DNA of 64,000 nt, taken from Candidatus Caldarchaeales archaeon (GTDB lineage Archaea > Thermoproteota > Nitrososphaeria_A > Caldarchaeales > Calditenuaceae). Location: NCBI GenBank assembly GCA_039630085.1, contig JBCNVM010000004.1:55466-119465 (forward strand). Direction: 5' to 3'. Under the pieces are notes generated by a model that ran no database searches, had not been told where the DNA came from, and saw only the letters and a list, made by a program, of their open reading frames with translations. Shown one piece after another: positions 18,684 to 27,676 of the stretch. Position 1 is the stretch's first letter. Each line of letters begins with the position of its first letter. A program made the position numbers and the translations under genes.

Positions 18684-20090
18684 TCAGAGCATCACGCCGG
18701 GGTTGAGGATCAGGTTCGGGTCAAAGAGCTCCTTGATCCGCCTCATCAGCTCGAGGGCCTCGCCGTGCTGCTCCCTCATGAACTCCTTCTTCTCGATGCC
18801 TATGCCGTGCTCCGCGGAGGCCGCGCCCCCCGCCGAGATCGCGTAGCTCACCAGCTCCGCGTTCGCCCTCCACGCCCTCCTCCAGGACTCGGTGTCGCGG
18901 CCGTCGGTGAGCCAGTTCGCATGGATGTTCCCGTCTCCGAGGTGCCCCGCAACCCCCACCCTAACGCCGTGACTCTCGCCGAGCTCGTACGCCTTCCTCA
19001 CCGCGTCCATCACCCTCGAGAGCGGGACGATGATGTCCCCGGTTATCGGCGCCCTGCAGGCCCTCGTGACGGATGGGTAGAGGGCCTTCCTCGCCTCCCA
19101 GATCCTCTGCTCCTCCTCCTGGTCCCTCGGGAGGTCGATCCGGACCGCGCCGCTCTCTTCGAATATGCTCGCGGCCGCCCTCACCTCCTCCCCCACGCCG
19201 CTGGCGGAGTACCCGTGGAACTCCAAGATCAGCATGCACTCGTGTGCAGGGAGGAGGACGCTTGAGTGCGCCGAGATCAGCTCGAGGTGGACTCTGTCGA
19301 GGAACTCGATCGCCGCGGGCTCGAGGCCCTCCTGCCTGATCGAGTTGATCGCCGAGATGCCCCCCTCTATCGAGTCGAAGTATGCCGCGACGGTCGACCT
19401 GTGCCTCGGGAGCTTCCTCAGCCTCAGGGTGGCGCCGGTTATCACGCCGAGCGTCCCCTCCGAGCCGACGACCAGCCTGACCAAGTCGTACCCGATCGAG
19501 GACTTGAAGACGTTGGCGCCGACCCGCATCGGCTTGCCCGTGGGCAGCACCAAGTCCACCGAGAGGACGTAGTCCCTCGTGACGCCGTACTTCACAGCCC
19601 TCAGCCCAGAAGCGTTGTTCGCGATCATCCCGCCGATCGTGCAGGACCTGCTGCTCCCCGGGTCCGGAGGGAAGAAGAGTCCGTAGGGCGCGAGGTGGGC
19701 GTTGAGCTGGTCGTAGATCACGCCGGGCTGGACGTCGACTTGGAAGTCGTGCGGCCTGACATCGAGGACTCTGTTCATCTTCATCGTGTTCATCACGATA
19801 CCCCCGTATACCGGGACGCAGGCGCCTGCGAGTCCCGTGCCGGCTCCCCTGACGTAGACCGGGATGCGCCTCTCGTTCGCGAGCCTCAGCACCTCGGAGA
19901 CCTCATCGGGCGTCTCGGGCCAGACGACCGCGTCCGGGAGGTGGAGCTCTCCGGGGAAGGCGTCCAGCGCGTTCGTGACGAGGTCGTACCTGTCGGTCGA
20001 GACGTCCTCAGGCCCCAGGACCCTCCTCAGCCTCTCGAGGTCTGAGCGCGATGGGGAATTGTAGCCCTCCAAATCGGTCCTCGCAGTCAT
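18684..20090 (-). CDS. FAD-linked oxidase, GlcD / D-lactate dehydrogenase family
   Basis: RGAGTGL, PPDPGS, TIGG, GSEGTLG, GHLGDGNIH, EHGIG, NPG. Confidence 0.92.
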   Translation of the reverse strand: MTARTDLEGYNSPSRSDLERLRRVLGPEDVSTDRYDLVTNALDAFPGELHLPDAVVWPETPDEVSEVLRLANERRIPVYVRGAGTGLAGACVPVYGGIVMNTMKMNRVLDVRPHDFQVDVQPGVIYDQLNAHLAPYGLFFPPDPGSSRSCTIGGMIANNASGLRAVKYGVTRDYVLSVDLVLPTGKPMRVGANVFKSSIGYDLVRLVVGSEGTLGVITGATLRLRKLPRHRSTVAAYFDSIEGGISAINSIRQEGLEPAAIEFLDRVHLELISAHSSVLLPAHECMLILEFHGYSASGVGEEVRAAASIFEESGAVRIDLPRDQEEEQRIWEARKALYPSVTRACRAPITGDIIVPLSRVMDAVRKAYELGESHGVRVGVAGHLGDGNIHANWLTDGRDTESWRRAWRANAELVSYAISAGGAASAEHGIGIEKKEFMREQHGEALELMRRIKELFDPNLILNPGVML

Positions 20091-20123
20091 GAGCGCGATT
20101 AAGCGTTTTCGGGAGGTCGGCAG

Positions 20124-20504
20124 CTAGCGCTCCAAGAGGTACCTGCTGAGGTCCTTGACCTCTCCGTCCTTGAGGACCTTCACCGATGTCGATGGCTTGA
20201 CCGGGACGCCCAGCGACCTGAAGAGCTTCAGGAGGGCGCCGGCATCGATGGGGGACTCGAGCCTCCCGCTCCTCACGGCGTTGAGCAGCGCCTCCGCAAC
20301 CCTCTCGGCGACCGCCGGGTCGAGCTCGCGGGCCTCGTCCAGCACCTCGATCCCCTTCTCGTCCAAGTGAGCCCTCAGCTCCTCCACCGGCGACCGCCTC
20401 TCCTCGACGGCCTTCGCGCCCTGGTCAGACCTCGATGCCAGAAGCCTGCTCAGCCTTCTCAGCCTGATAAGCTTCAGCTCGATGTCCTCGTCCTCCGACA
20501 TCAC
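20124..20504 (-). CDS. Divergent PDCD5-like DNA-binding protein
   Basis: EDIELKLIRLRRL; helical core with GALLKLFRSLG. Confidence 0.6.
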   Translation of the reverse strand: MMSEDEDIELKLIRLRRLSRLLASRSDQGAKAVEERRSPVEELRAHLDEKGIEVLDEARELDPAVAERVAEALLNAVRSGRLESPIDAGALLKLFRSLGVPVKPSTSVKVLKDGEVKDLSRYLLER

Positions 20505-20535
20505 CCTTCGGCCGACCTACGCCCGTATAAATGAT

Positions 20536-20600
20536 GGCAGGCTCGCCCTGTCCCGTAGGACCTCACCGGTCGGACCCGGTCAAACCCGTCATCGCCCGCC
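20536..20600 (-). ncRNA. Candidate box C/D guide sRNA
   Basis: 7-bp terminal stem GGCGGGC/GCCUGCC, box C-like GCGAUGA, D'-like CCGA, C'-like GUGAGG, D-like GCGA; 65 nt, intergenic. Confidence 0.45.
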
Positions 20601-20632
20601 GGCCTGCTCCTGGGGGCCGCCAGCTAGTTAAC

Positions 20633-21028
20633 CTAAACCGAGACGTAGACGTAATCCCCCTTAGAGCCCATCCTCCGGAGCCTGCCTCTCTTGTACAGGT
20701 AGCCGAGGGCCTGGCTCACCTTCCTGCTCTGGAGCTTGTACCCCGTCAACCGCTCGATCTCCTCCCTGACCTCGGAGGTCCTCCTCGGCCTCGCGAAGAA
20801 GCCCGTCGGGACCAGGAGCGACTCGATCGCCTCGAGCGCGAGGGCCGCCTCCGACGAGCCCCTCCTCTTCCTCCGCGACGCCCGTGCCTCCGGCGCGGCG
20901 CTTTGACCCTCGAGCTCCTCGAGGAGGGCCCTAAACTCGACTGCCAGCGACCTCAGCTCCTTGACGCTGTCCGCGTGAACCGTTACATCCGCGCTCCTGC
21001 CCCTAAGCGTGAGGGAGAACCTCGCCAT
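20633..21028 (-). CDS. Hypothetical winged-helix protein
   Basis: FFARPRRTSEV...KVSQALGYL.KRGRL.R.G....Y.Y. Confidence 0.7.
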   Translation of the reverse strand: MARFSLTLRGRSADVTVHADSVKELRSLAVEFRALLEELEGQSAAPEARASRRKRRGSSEAALALEAIESLLVPTGFFARPRRTSEVREEIERLTGYKLQSRKVSQALGYLYKRGRLRRMGSKGDYVYVSV

Positions 21029-21079
21029 CGGCCCCCACCGGGTCCGGCCGCCCATTTGACTTTTAGTCGCGGGCTTCAC

Positions 21080-21478
21080 GTGGAGACCCCCGTGAGGGTG
21101 AGGATCGTCGCGGAGGTCAAGCCGACCGAGGACCAGAGGAAGGTCTTGGCCGCAGTCTCGCGGCTCTTCCCCGAGGTGAGGTTCGAGGTTAGGGAGAGGG
21201 GAGGCTCGGTGGAGGTCTGCGGCGAGTCCGACCAGCTCTCCTCGCTGAAGTACCTCAAGGAGAACCTGAGGAGGAGGAAGGTGAGGGCAGCTGCTGAGCG
21301 GATCATCAGGTCCTACTCCGGCACCGGCTACGTGAGGATGGTCCTGAGCAAGCAGGCCGCCTACGTCGGGACGGTCTCCTTCCTCGAGGAGGACGAGATC
21401 CCCGAGATCGGGTGGATCGACGTCTACGTCGAGACAGAGGACCCTGAGGGGCTGATCGGCTGGCTCACCGAGAGGTGA
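21080..21478 (+). CDS. UPF0201/DUF54 putative RNA-binding protein
   Basis: AEVKPTED..KV..A...LFP; LSKQAAYVG.VSF. Confidence 0.85.
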   Translation: METPVRVRIVAEVKPTEDQRKVLAAVSRLFPEVRFEVRERGGSVEVCGESDQLSSLKYLKENLRRRKVRAAAERIIRSYSGTGYVRMVLSKQAAYVGTVSFLEEDEIPEIGWIDVYVETEDPEGLIGWLTER

Positions 21479-21896
21479 CGTCCGAGGTGCGCGTGAGCGG
21501 TGTCAGGTGTTCATGGACGATCCTCCACCTCTCTCCCTCTCTCACGAGGACCGCGGTCCCGATCGCCTCGACCTCGAGGAATGCTCCCTCGAACCTGTAC
21601 TGGTAGACGAGGATCCCCTTGTAACTCAGCCTGTAGACGACCAGCGCCGCTCCGTCGCCGATCAGCCTCGTTTGGACCTCCTCCAGCGAGAACTCGAGGT
21701 CCGCGATCTGAGCCGGCATGGACCTCCTCGTCACGATCGCCCTCTCAGGCTCGAGGAGCTCTCCGGGGTTGAGCTCGCTGACCAGCGTGTATCCGTCGGC
21801 GTAGGCCTCGAGGAGCGACTCGACGTCGCCCCGCTTGATCGACTCGTAGACCGAGACCACCGCCGCGAACGGGTCCTGAGGCCCTCGATCTGTCAA
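21465..21896 (-). CDS. NTF2/SnoaL-like protein
   Basis: GDVESL...YAD; T.VLVREGERWRIVHEH. Confidence 0.8.
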   Translation of the reverse strand: MTDRGPQDPFAAVVSVYESIKRGDVESLLEAYADGYTLVSELNPGELLEPERAIVTRRSMPAQIADLEFSLEEVQTRLIGDGAALVVYRLSYKGILVYQYRFEGAFLEVEAIGTAVLVREGERWRIVHEHLTPLTRTSDVTSR

Positions 21897-22189
21897 AGTG
21901 GCTGACCCCTGACCCTCTTCTCTCCCTCGAGGACCAGGTCTCCTTCGACTATGCGCCGCGTGAGCTCGCCGAGGAGCTCGTCCACGGCCTCTCCGGAGAT
22001 CCCCCTCGCCGCGAGGCTCGACTTAGAGTCCTCGTCCAGCTCGATGCCGACCGTCGGCCCACCTACCGTGTAGACCGCTATCCCGCTGAAGCCCACCTCG
22101 ACCCCCGAGACCCTCGCCCTTCCCCTGAAGAGGCTGACCTTGCCCTCGGTCTCGACCGATTCGATCCTCACGTCCTCGACGGAGCCCAT
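21893..22189 (-). CDS. Hypothetical protein
   Basis: ATG start; coupled to the downstream gene. Confidence 0.6.
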   Translation of the reverse strand: MGSVEDVRIESVETEGKVSLFRGRARVSGVEVGFSGIAVYTVGGPTVGIELDEDSKSSLAARGISGEAVDELLGELTRRIVEGDLVLEGEKRVRGQPL

Positions 22190-22275
22190 GCCGCGCCCCT
22201 CGAGCCCCGGGTAGATAACCCTGAACCGCGAGGGTCCTCAGCGCTCCCGCTACCCGTTTAAGTTGAGGTCGACCG

Positions 22276-24018
22276 GTGGCTCACCTCAGGGGAATGAGGG
22301 CGCTGCAGCTGCACGTCGACTCGATCGAGTACGAGCCGATCGCGGTAGAGGGGCCGGTCCACGAGGAGGCGGAGAGGCGCGTCAGGAGGCACGAGGACCT
22401 CCTTGTGCTCTTCACGACCGTCGAGCGGGACGACGGCGAAGAGGTCGCGGACGAGATGGTGAGGCAGGTGAAGGAGGCGATGGACAGGCTCGGGGTAAGG
22501 AGGCTCCTGATCTACCCGTACGCTCACCTCAGCCCCGACCTCGCTCCGCCCTCGAGGGCCCTGGAGCTGATCAGGTTCATGGCCGAGCGCGCCGCGGGCC
22601 TCGGTATCGAGGTCCACAGGGCGCCCTTCGGGTGGAACAAGAGGTTCTCGGTCGAGGTGAAGGGCCACCCGCTCGCGGAGCAGTTGAGGGTCGTGACACG
22701 GGAGAGCGCCAGGAGGAGGGCGGAGCAGGCGCAGGTTCAACGGACCGAACAGAGAGTTGGGGCAGCTGCCGCGGTCGAGGTGAGGCAGGCGGAGCCCGTT
22801 CACATATCGCTGGGGAGGGAGCTGGACGTCTTCAGCGTCAACGAGAACGTCGGGCCGGGGCTGATCCTCTTCCATCCGAGGGGCTTCGTCATCAGGGACG
22901 AGCTGATCAGGCTGATCAGGGAGGTGAACAAGAGACTGGGGTTCCAAGAGGTCTGGACGCCTCACCTCTTCAAGTCGACGCTCTGGTACAGGACTGGTCA
23001 CTACGAGACCTTTAGGGACAGGATGTTCCACTTCATGCTCGGCGACGAGGAGTACGTCCTGAAGCCGATGAACTGCCCGGGTCACGCGATGATCTACGCC
23101 AGCAGGCCGAGGAGCTACAGGGACCTCCCGGTGAAGCTCTCGGAGTTCGGGACCGTCTACAGGAACGAGCAGGCCGGCGAGCTTACCGGCCTCCTCAGGG
23201 TCAGGAGCATCACCCAGGACGACGGACACGTCTTCGCGAGGCCCGACCAAGTCGAGCGGGTGGTGACGGAAATACTCGGGGCGGCGTTCGACGTGCTGGA
23301 GATGACCCTCGGCGCGCGGCTCCACGTCAACCTCTCCACGAGACCGGAGAGGTTCATCGGCACGCCGGAGCTCTGGGACGTCGCCGAGTCAGACCTCAAG
23401 GCCGCACTCGACGCGGTCGGGGTGAGCTACCAGATCAAGCACGGCGAGGGGGCCTTCTACGGCCCGAAGATAGACGTCGACGTCGAGGACTCGATAGGGA
23501 GGAGGTGGCAGTGCACGACCGTCCAGTTGGACTTCTTCATGCCCGAGAGGCTGGGGCTCGAGTACGTCGACCAGGACAACGTCAGGCGAAGGCCGGTGAT
23601 GATACACAGGGCGATCCTCGGGAGTCTCGAGAGGTTCATCGGGATCCTCCTCGAGCACTACAACGGAAGGCTTCCGGTCTGGCTGACCCCGGTCCAAGTC
23701 GCGGTGCTCCCCGTCACCGAGGGTGATTCGGATTACGCGCGGAGGGTCGCCGGGCTCCTCGAGGAGCGCGAAGTCAGGGCCGAGGTCTGGACAGAGGGTA
23801 CGCTGGAGAGGAGGATAAGGGAGGCCCACAGGCAGAGGGTCTCCCTCGTCGCGATCGTGGGGAAGGCGGAGGCGAGCGAGGGGACGGTCTCGGTCAGGGA
23901 CCACAGGGGCAAGGTCGCTAAGGGCGTCCGGGCCGAGGAGTTCGCGGAGTGGGTGGGATCGTTGGTCGCGGGGAGGGTCAGGAACGTCGGCGAGCTCGGG
24001 CCTCCGCTGCTGGGTTAA
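22276..24018 (+). CDS. thrS: Threonyl-tRNA synthetase with archaeal N-terminal editing domain
   Basis: YPYAHLS, RAPFGW, KGHPLAE; LKPMNCPGH, GLLRVR..TQDD.H, GAFYGPK, HRAILGS.ERF. Confidence 0.95.
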   Translation: MAHLRGMRALQLHVDSIEYEPIAVEGPVHEEAERRVRRHEDLLVLFTTVERDDGEEVADEMVRQVKEAMDRLGVRRLLIYPYAHLSPDLAPPSRALELIRFMAERAAGLGIEVHRAPFGWNKRFSVEVKGHPLAEQLRVVTRESARRRAEQAQVQRTEQRVGAAAAVEVRQAEPVHISLGRELDVFSVNENVGPGLILFHPRGFVIRDELIRLIREVNKRLGFQEVWTPHLFKSTLWYRTGHYETFRDRMFHFMLGDEEYVLKPMNCPGHAMIYASRPRSYRDLPVKLSEFGTVYRNEQAGELTGLLRVRSITQDDGHVFARPDQVERVVTEILGAAFDVLEMTLGARLHVNLSTRPERFIGTPELWDVAESDLKAALDAVGVSYQIKHGEGAFYGPKIDVDVEDSIGRRWQCTTVQLDFFMPERLGLEYVDQDNVRRRPVMIHRAILGSLERFIGILLEHYNGRLPVWLTPVQVAVLPVTEGDSDYARRVAGLLEEREVRAEVWTEGTLERRIREAHRQRVSLVAIVGKAEASEGTVSVRDHRGKVAKGVRAEEFAEWVGSLVAGRVRNVGELGPPLLG

Positions 24019-24039
24019 CCGTTTTTAGAGGGTCGGGAC

Positions 24040-25080
24040 GTGGTAGGTCGGTTGGAACCCGAGAGTTCCGAGGTCCTCCCTGAGGTCTGGAGGCTCAGGA
24101 TACGGTCGAGCGCCGAGTACGTCGAGCACGTCAACGCCTACCTCCTGAAGACCGGCGGCGGCTGGACGCTGATCGACACGGGCTTCCCGGACAGCTCCGC
24201 GCAGCTGATCAGGGAGGTCAGGAGTGTCACGGGAGGCTCGAGGCCGGACGAGGTCGTCCTGACGCACATCCACTACGACCACTCCGGAGGCTCGAGGGCC
24301 GTCGCGGAGGCCTTCGGGTGCGACGTCAGAATGCATCCGGGCGACATCGGCGTGCTGGAGATGGTGAAGAGCGCGGTCCGCAGCGGTCATGGGTTCTTCG
24401 ACCTGCTCGGAGTCGAGGGGAGGGTGAGGGAGCTGATAAGGTCCTTCTTCGAGCGGAACGTCAGGCTCCTGCCGGAGTCGCTGAGGCCGGTGAACGAGGG
24501 CGAGAGGTTGGGCGGGAAGGGCAGCCCCTGGGTTGTCGTACACACGCCTGGGCACACGCCCGGCCACATTTGCGTCCTGAACTCGGAGACGAAGGCCCTG
24601 ATCTCGGGCGACCACCTGCTCCCCAGGGAGACCTCGAACGTCCCCTTCTACCCCATGCCGGGGTACAGCTCGCTCCGCTCTTATCTCAGGTCCCTCGTGA
24701 AGGCCGAGTCGCTCGGGCCCTCCGTCGTCCTTCCGGCCCACGGCGAGCCGTTCTCGGACGTGACCGCGAGGGTCGACTTCCTCTTCGAGCATCACAGAAG
24801 GAGGCTCGGGGAGGCGCTCGAGGCGATGGACGGCTGGGTGGACGCGATCGGCCTCGCCGGGAGCCTCACGTGGTCCAGAGGCAGATTCGAGGAGCTTGGC
24901 CCGGTCGACACCTGGCTAGCAGTCCTCGAGGCGCTCTCCCACGCCGAGTTCCTGGTCGAGATCGGGGCCGCGCTGCCCTCCGCGAGGGGCAGGCTATCCT
25001 ACAGGGCGGTCTCCAAGGACTTCGGGGCGATTGAGGGGGAGCTGACCAAGCTGAGGCTCTCACGGGCTGCCGGGACCTGA
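24040..25080 (+). CDS. MBL-fold metallo-hydrolase
   Basis: IDTG, THIHYDHSGG, TPGHTPGH, SGDH, PAHG. Confidence 0.9.
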   Translation: MVGRLEPESSEVLPEVWRLRIRSSAEYVEHVNAYLLKTGGGWTLIDTGFPDSSAQLIREVRSVTGGSRPDEVVLTHIHYDHSGGSRAVAEAFGCDVRMHPGDIGVLEMVKSAVRSGHGFFDLLGVEGRVRELIRSFFERNVRLLPESLRPVNEGERLGGKGSPWVVVHTPGHTPGHICVLNSETKALISGDHLLPRETSNVPFYPMPGYSSLRSYLRSLVKAESLGPSVVLPAHGEPFSDVTARVDFLFEHHRRRLGEALEAMDGWVDAIGLAGSLTWSRGRFEELGPVDTWLAVLEALSHAEFLVEIGAALPSARGRLSYRAVSKDFGAIEGELTKLRLSRAAGT

Positions 25081-26271
25081 GAGGGCCCTCGCAAGCCTCG
25101 CGAACTTCCTCACGCCCTCGACGAGCACGTCCAGCGGTTTGGTGATGCTCAGCCTGACGTGTCCCTCCCCTCCGGGACCGAACGTGCTCCCCGGGACCGC
25201 GACGACCTTCTCGCGCTCCAGCAGCCTCAGGCAGAATTCGTTGTCGTCGAGCGGGCCCGGCAGCCTCGGGAAGAGGTAGAGCGCGCCGGACGGCGGTGCG
25301 ACCTCGATCCCGGACTCGGTCAGGGCCCTGACGGCCGCGTCCCTCCTCCTCCGGTACTCCTCCCTGTTCCTCCGCACGAACTCCTTCACCTCATCACTCC
25401 CGAGGACCTCGAGGATCGCGTGCTGCGCGAAGACCGGTGGACAGGTGTGCCCGTAGAGGAGGACCTTGCCGATCCTCTCCGTTAGCTCAGACGGTGCGAT
25501 CAGGTATCCGAGCCTCCATCCGGTGACCGCCAGCGTCTTCGAGAAGCTGTTGGCTATCAGGACCCTCCCGTGGACGTCGAGGAACTCGGCGGCGCTGACG
25601 AACTCGCCGTCGTACACGAACTCCTCGTAGACCTCGTCGGAGAGGACGTAGGCGCCGACCTCCCTCGCGGCCTCGATCACCTCCGCCATCTCCCTCCTCC
25701 CGTATACCGCGCCCGTCGGGTTCGAGGGCGAGTTGACCACGACGACCTTCGTCGACCCGGTGATGGCAGACCTCACGGCCCCAAGCTCAGGGACGTACCT
25801 CCTCGAGGGAGAGGTCCTCACGAACCTGACCCTCGCCCCGAGCATCGTCGCGACCGCGGCGTACGTCGGGAAAGCCGGGGAGAAGACCACGACCTCGTCG
25901 CCGCGCTCGAGGACCGAGGCCATGGCTGCGAAGATCGCGTTCTGCGCGCCCAGCGTGACGAATACGTTATCGGGGGCGACATCTATTCCCCTCTCCCCGT
26001 AGCTCCCGGCGATCCTCTCCCTCAGCTCGCGGATCCCTGCGACCGGGCCGTACTTGTTCCTCCCGGCCCTGATCTGCCTGCACGCGGCCTCGACGAGGGA
26101 CCTCGGGGCGTCGCAGTCGGGCTCGCCCACGCTGAGGTTGATCGCGCCCTCGATCCTCGTCGCCAGCTCGAAGAGGTCCTCTATCCTCGAGGTCCCCACG
26201 GAGTCGAGGCCGTCGGCGAGGGTCACGGGGCGGAGGGCTGTCTTCGGCGTAAAAACGGTATCGCGGGTCAA
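25060..26271 (-). CDS. Class I/II PLP-dependent aminotransferase (aspartate aminotransferase-like)
   Basis: GEPD, NSPSNPTG, SDEVY, SFSKT.AVTGWRLG; start uncertain. Confidence 0.92.
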   Translation of the reverse strand: MTRDTVFTPKTALRPVTLADGLDSVGTSRIEDLFELATRIEGAINLSVGEPDCDAPRSLVEAACRQIRAGRNKYGPVAGIRELRERIAGSYGERGIDVAPDNVFVTLGAQNAIFAAMASVLERGDEVVVFSPAFPTYAAVATMLGARVRFVRTSPSRRYVPELGAVRSAITGSTKVVVVNSPSNPTGAVYGRREMAEVIEAAREVGAYVLSDEVYEEFVYDGEFVSAAEFLDVHGRVLIANSFSKTLAVTGWRLGYLIAPSELTERIGKVLLYGHTCPPVFAQHAILEVLGSDEVKEFVRRNREEYRRRRDAAVRALTESGIEVAPPSGALYLFPRLPGPLDDNEFCLRLLEREKVVAVPGSTFGPGGEGHVRLSITKPLDVLVEGVRKFARLARALSGPGSP

Positions 26272-26303
26272 CCGATATCAGAGGCCGAGGAGTCCGGATC
26301 TCG

Positions 26304-26627
26304 ATGGTCAGGTACAGGGTCCTCCTCTTTGTTCAAGGGAAGGGCTGGGTCTCGGGCAGCGAGCACGCAAGCATGCCCGAGTGCTTCGGGGAAAGGGAGG
26401 CGGCGGTCAACCACGCGGCCTGGCTGATCGTCTCTGCCGTGAAGGCCTCCGAATGGCCCTACGGCTCCAGGGCTGGCGACTTCGTAGCGTTCAGGGTCGT
26501 CGAGGAGGAGGGCGAGTGCGGCGAGGCGGCCGATAGTGCCCCGAGGACCTTCTCGGAGCTGAGGCACCACTTCTTCAGGCGCGGCGATGTCTACTCCCTG
26601 TACAAGTCCTGGAGCTGGCCGGATTAG
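26304..26627 (+). CDS. Hypothetical protein
   Basis: ATG ORF abutting the ROK gene. Confidence 0.65.
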   Translation: MVRYRVLLFVQGKGWVSGSEHASMPECFGEREAAVNHAAWLIVSAVKASEWPYGSRAGDFVAFRVVEEEGECGEAADSAPRTFSELRHHFFRRGDVYSLYKSWSWPD

Positions 26628-27620
26628 GTGGAAGGGTTGGAGGCCGTCCTCTCGGTCGACGTGGGCGCGACGTGGCTGAGGGCCGCGCTCGTTGACCCGG
26701 AGACTCTGAGTGTCCTGAAGCTGGTGAGGAAGCCCACTCCGCAGTCTGGCAGGAGGGAATCGATCTCGGGTGCGCTGAGGGACGCGGTGAGGGAGGCGGT
26801 CGCGGGGAATAGGGTGAGGAGGTCGGCAGGCGTCGCGACGATCGGTCCGCTCGACGCCAAGAGGGGCGTGATACTGAGGGCGCCGAACGTCGCGGGGAGG
26901 CCTGAGATGGTCGACGTGGTCGGGCCGGTGATCGAGGCCGGAGGAGTCGAGGAGGTGTTCGTCCTGAACGACTGCAACGCCGCGGCGATCGCGGAGTGGA
27001 TGGCGAGGAGGCCTAGGGGGATCGAGGACCTGCTCTACGTCACCGTGAGCACCGGCATCGGAGCGGGCTGCGTCCTCTCCTCTAAGCCGCTCTTGGGGAG
27101 GAGGGGGAACGCGATGGAGCTGGGCCACGTCGTCGTCGACCCCTCGGGTTACATGGGCTGCGGCTGCGGCGGGAGGGGGCACTGGGAGGCCTACGCGTCC
27201 GGCGGGAACATGCTCTCCTTCGCGAGGAGGCTCCTCGAGGACGGGCTGATACCTAGGTCGTCGGCCCTCGCCGAGTATCTGGCGTCCGGTGGCCGGGACC
27301 CGTCGGAGGCCTTCAGGCTCCACCGCTCCGGCGACAGGGGGGCCGCCGAGCTCTTCGCGAGGCTCGCGGAATTCCACGCTGCCGGCGTGGCCTCAGCGGT
27401 CAACGCCCTCGACCCAGAGGTCCTCGTCCTGGGCGGCTCGGTCTACCTCTCGAACAAGGATTTCTTCGTGGGCTCGGTGATCCCCAGGCTGGACTCCTAC
27501 CTCATCCTCGAGGCCCCCGCCGTTGAGGACCCTGCCTTCGGGGAGCACTCGCCGGTCGTGGGCGCAGCTGTCGCGGCGCTGCTCGGGATCGAGGAGGCGA
27601 GGGCGGGGCAGAGGCGATAA
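26628..27620 (+). CDS. ROK family sugar kinase (glucokinase-like)
   Basis: DVGAT, NDCNAAA, STGIGAG, ELGH, CGCG..GHWEA. Confidence 0.92.
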   Translation: MEGLEAVLSVDVGATWLRAALVDPETLSVLKLVRKPTPQSGRRESISGALRDAVREAVAGNRVRRSAGVATIGPLDAKRGVILRAPNVAGRPEMVDVVGPVIEAGGVEEVFVLNDCNAAAIAEWMARRPRGIEDLLYVTVSTGIGAGCVLSSKPLLGRRGNAMELGHVVVDPSGYMGCGCGGRGHWEAYASGGNMLSFARRLLEDGLIPRSSALAEYLASGGRDPSEAFRLHRSGDRGAAELFARLAEFHAAGVASAVNALDPEVLVLGGSVYLSNKDFFVGSVIPRLDSYLILEAPAVEDPAFGEHSPVVGAAVAALLGIEEARAGQRR

Positions 27621-27676
27621 CCGCTGGAGGTCTCTCTTATTACCACGCTCGAGGACCGAGGCCTAGGAGGCGGGAG

